Shown here piece by piece: positions 31,918-32,000 of a stretch of DNA of 32,000 bases. Every line of letters starts with the position of its first letter. Position 1 is the first letter of the stretch. The position numbers were made by a program, and so were the translations under genes. Below the pieces are notes generated by a model, which did not search any database, was not told the DNA's origin, and saw only the letters and a list, made by a program, of their open reading frames with translations. The stretch comes from an uncultured Elusimicrobia bacterium (GTDB lineage Bacteria > Elusimicrobiota > Elusimicrobia > 2-01-FULL-59-12): positions 137,170 through 169,169 of the forward strand of contig CAYTWA010000002.1 in assembly GCA_964441955.1 (NCBI GenBank). Direction: 5' to 3'.

Positions 31918-32000
31918 CGCCCTATGTGTTTATCGGAGGGTATGGGATTTTAAGTCTCTTGTTTCGCTTGAGTCGCTTAATTGTGGTGGTTCGACAGGCG
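31914..32000 (+). CDS. 5' end of an unidentified gene (truncated by the window edge)
   Basis: ATG 31914 overlaps the upstream stop (ATGA). The open frame runs to the window end (MTPYVFIGGYGILSLLFRLSRLIVVVRQA). It is too short to classify. Confidence 0.25.
   Translation, partial: MTPYVFIGGYGILSLLFRLSRLIVVVRQA

Overview
This 32-kb window comes from a diderm (outer-membrane-bearing) bacterium with moderate GC. Gene packing is very tight, with several ATGA/GTGA start-stop overlaps, and almost every gene is on the + strand. I cannot assign a taxon from the sequence alone. All family calls below come from motif recognition by eye; no database search was possible.

Layout:
(1) 0-2.1 kb: an unrecognisable ~410-aa protein, a cluster of six identical 10-mers, and an orphan MNT-type nucleotidyltransferase on the - strand.
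(2) 2.1-6.7 kb: ordinary housekeeping genes (polX, nth, MidA-type methyltransferase, bcp, HAD phosphatase).
(3) 6.9-15.0 kb: an eight-gene same-strand operon. It encodes an outer-membrane barrel, a TPR/LysM periplasmic protein, and a membrane protein that joins a FliF/YscJ-like periplasmic ring-building-type domain to a FliG torque domain. These are followed by MotA, two MotB paralogs, a sensor histidine kinase and a CPXCG zinc-ribbon protein. No other flagellar gene is in the window.
(4) 14.96-15.84 kb: a repeat-dense non-coding island. It holds a 194-bp tandem duplication with nested inverted repeats, a possible small Cys-rich metal-binding ORF on the - strand, and a ten-unit 18-bp periodic array that is also a long palindrome.
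(5) 15.84-22.48 kb: one 2212-codon ORF for a signal-peptide-bearing, C-terminally membrane-anchored mosaic protein. It has an expanded but motif-intact phosphohexomutase core, followed by three modules that each end in a ThiS/MoaD/ubiquitin-like beta-grasp segment.
(6) 22.5-27.6 kb: a long hairpin, a sigma70-like promoter, a cobalamin riboswitch, a small 6-TM protein and two tandem TonB-dependent receptors.
(7) 27.6-32 kb: a polyamine operon (speH, speE, PLP decarboxylase), a cyclase-family protein and an SRPBCC protein.

The best candidates for something undescribed are the minimal rotor-stator operon and the giant mosaic protein with its flanking repeat structures.
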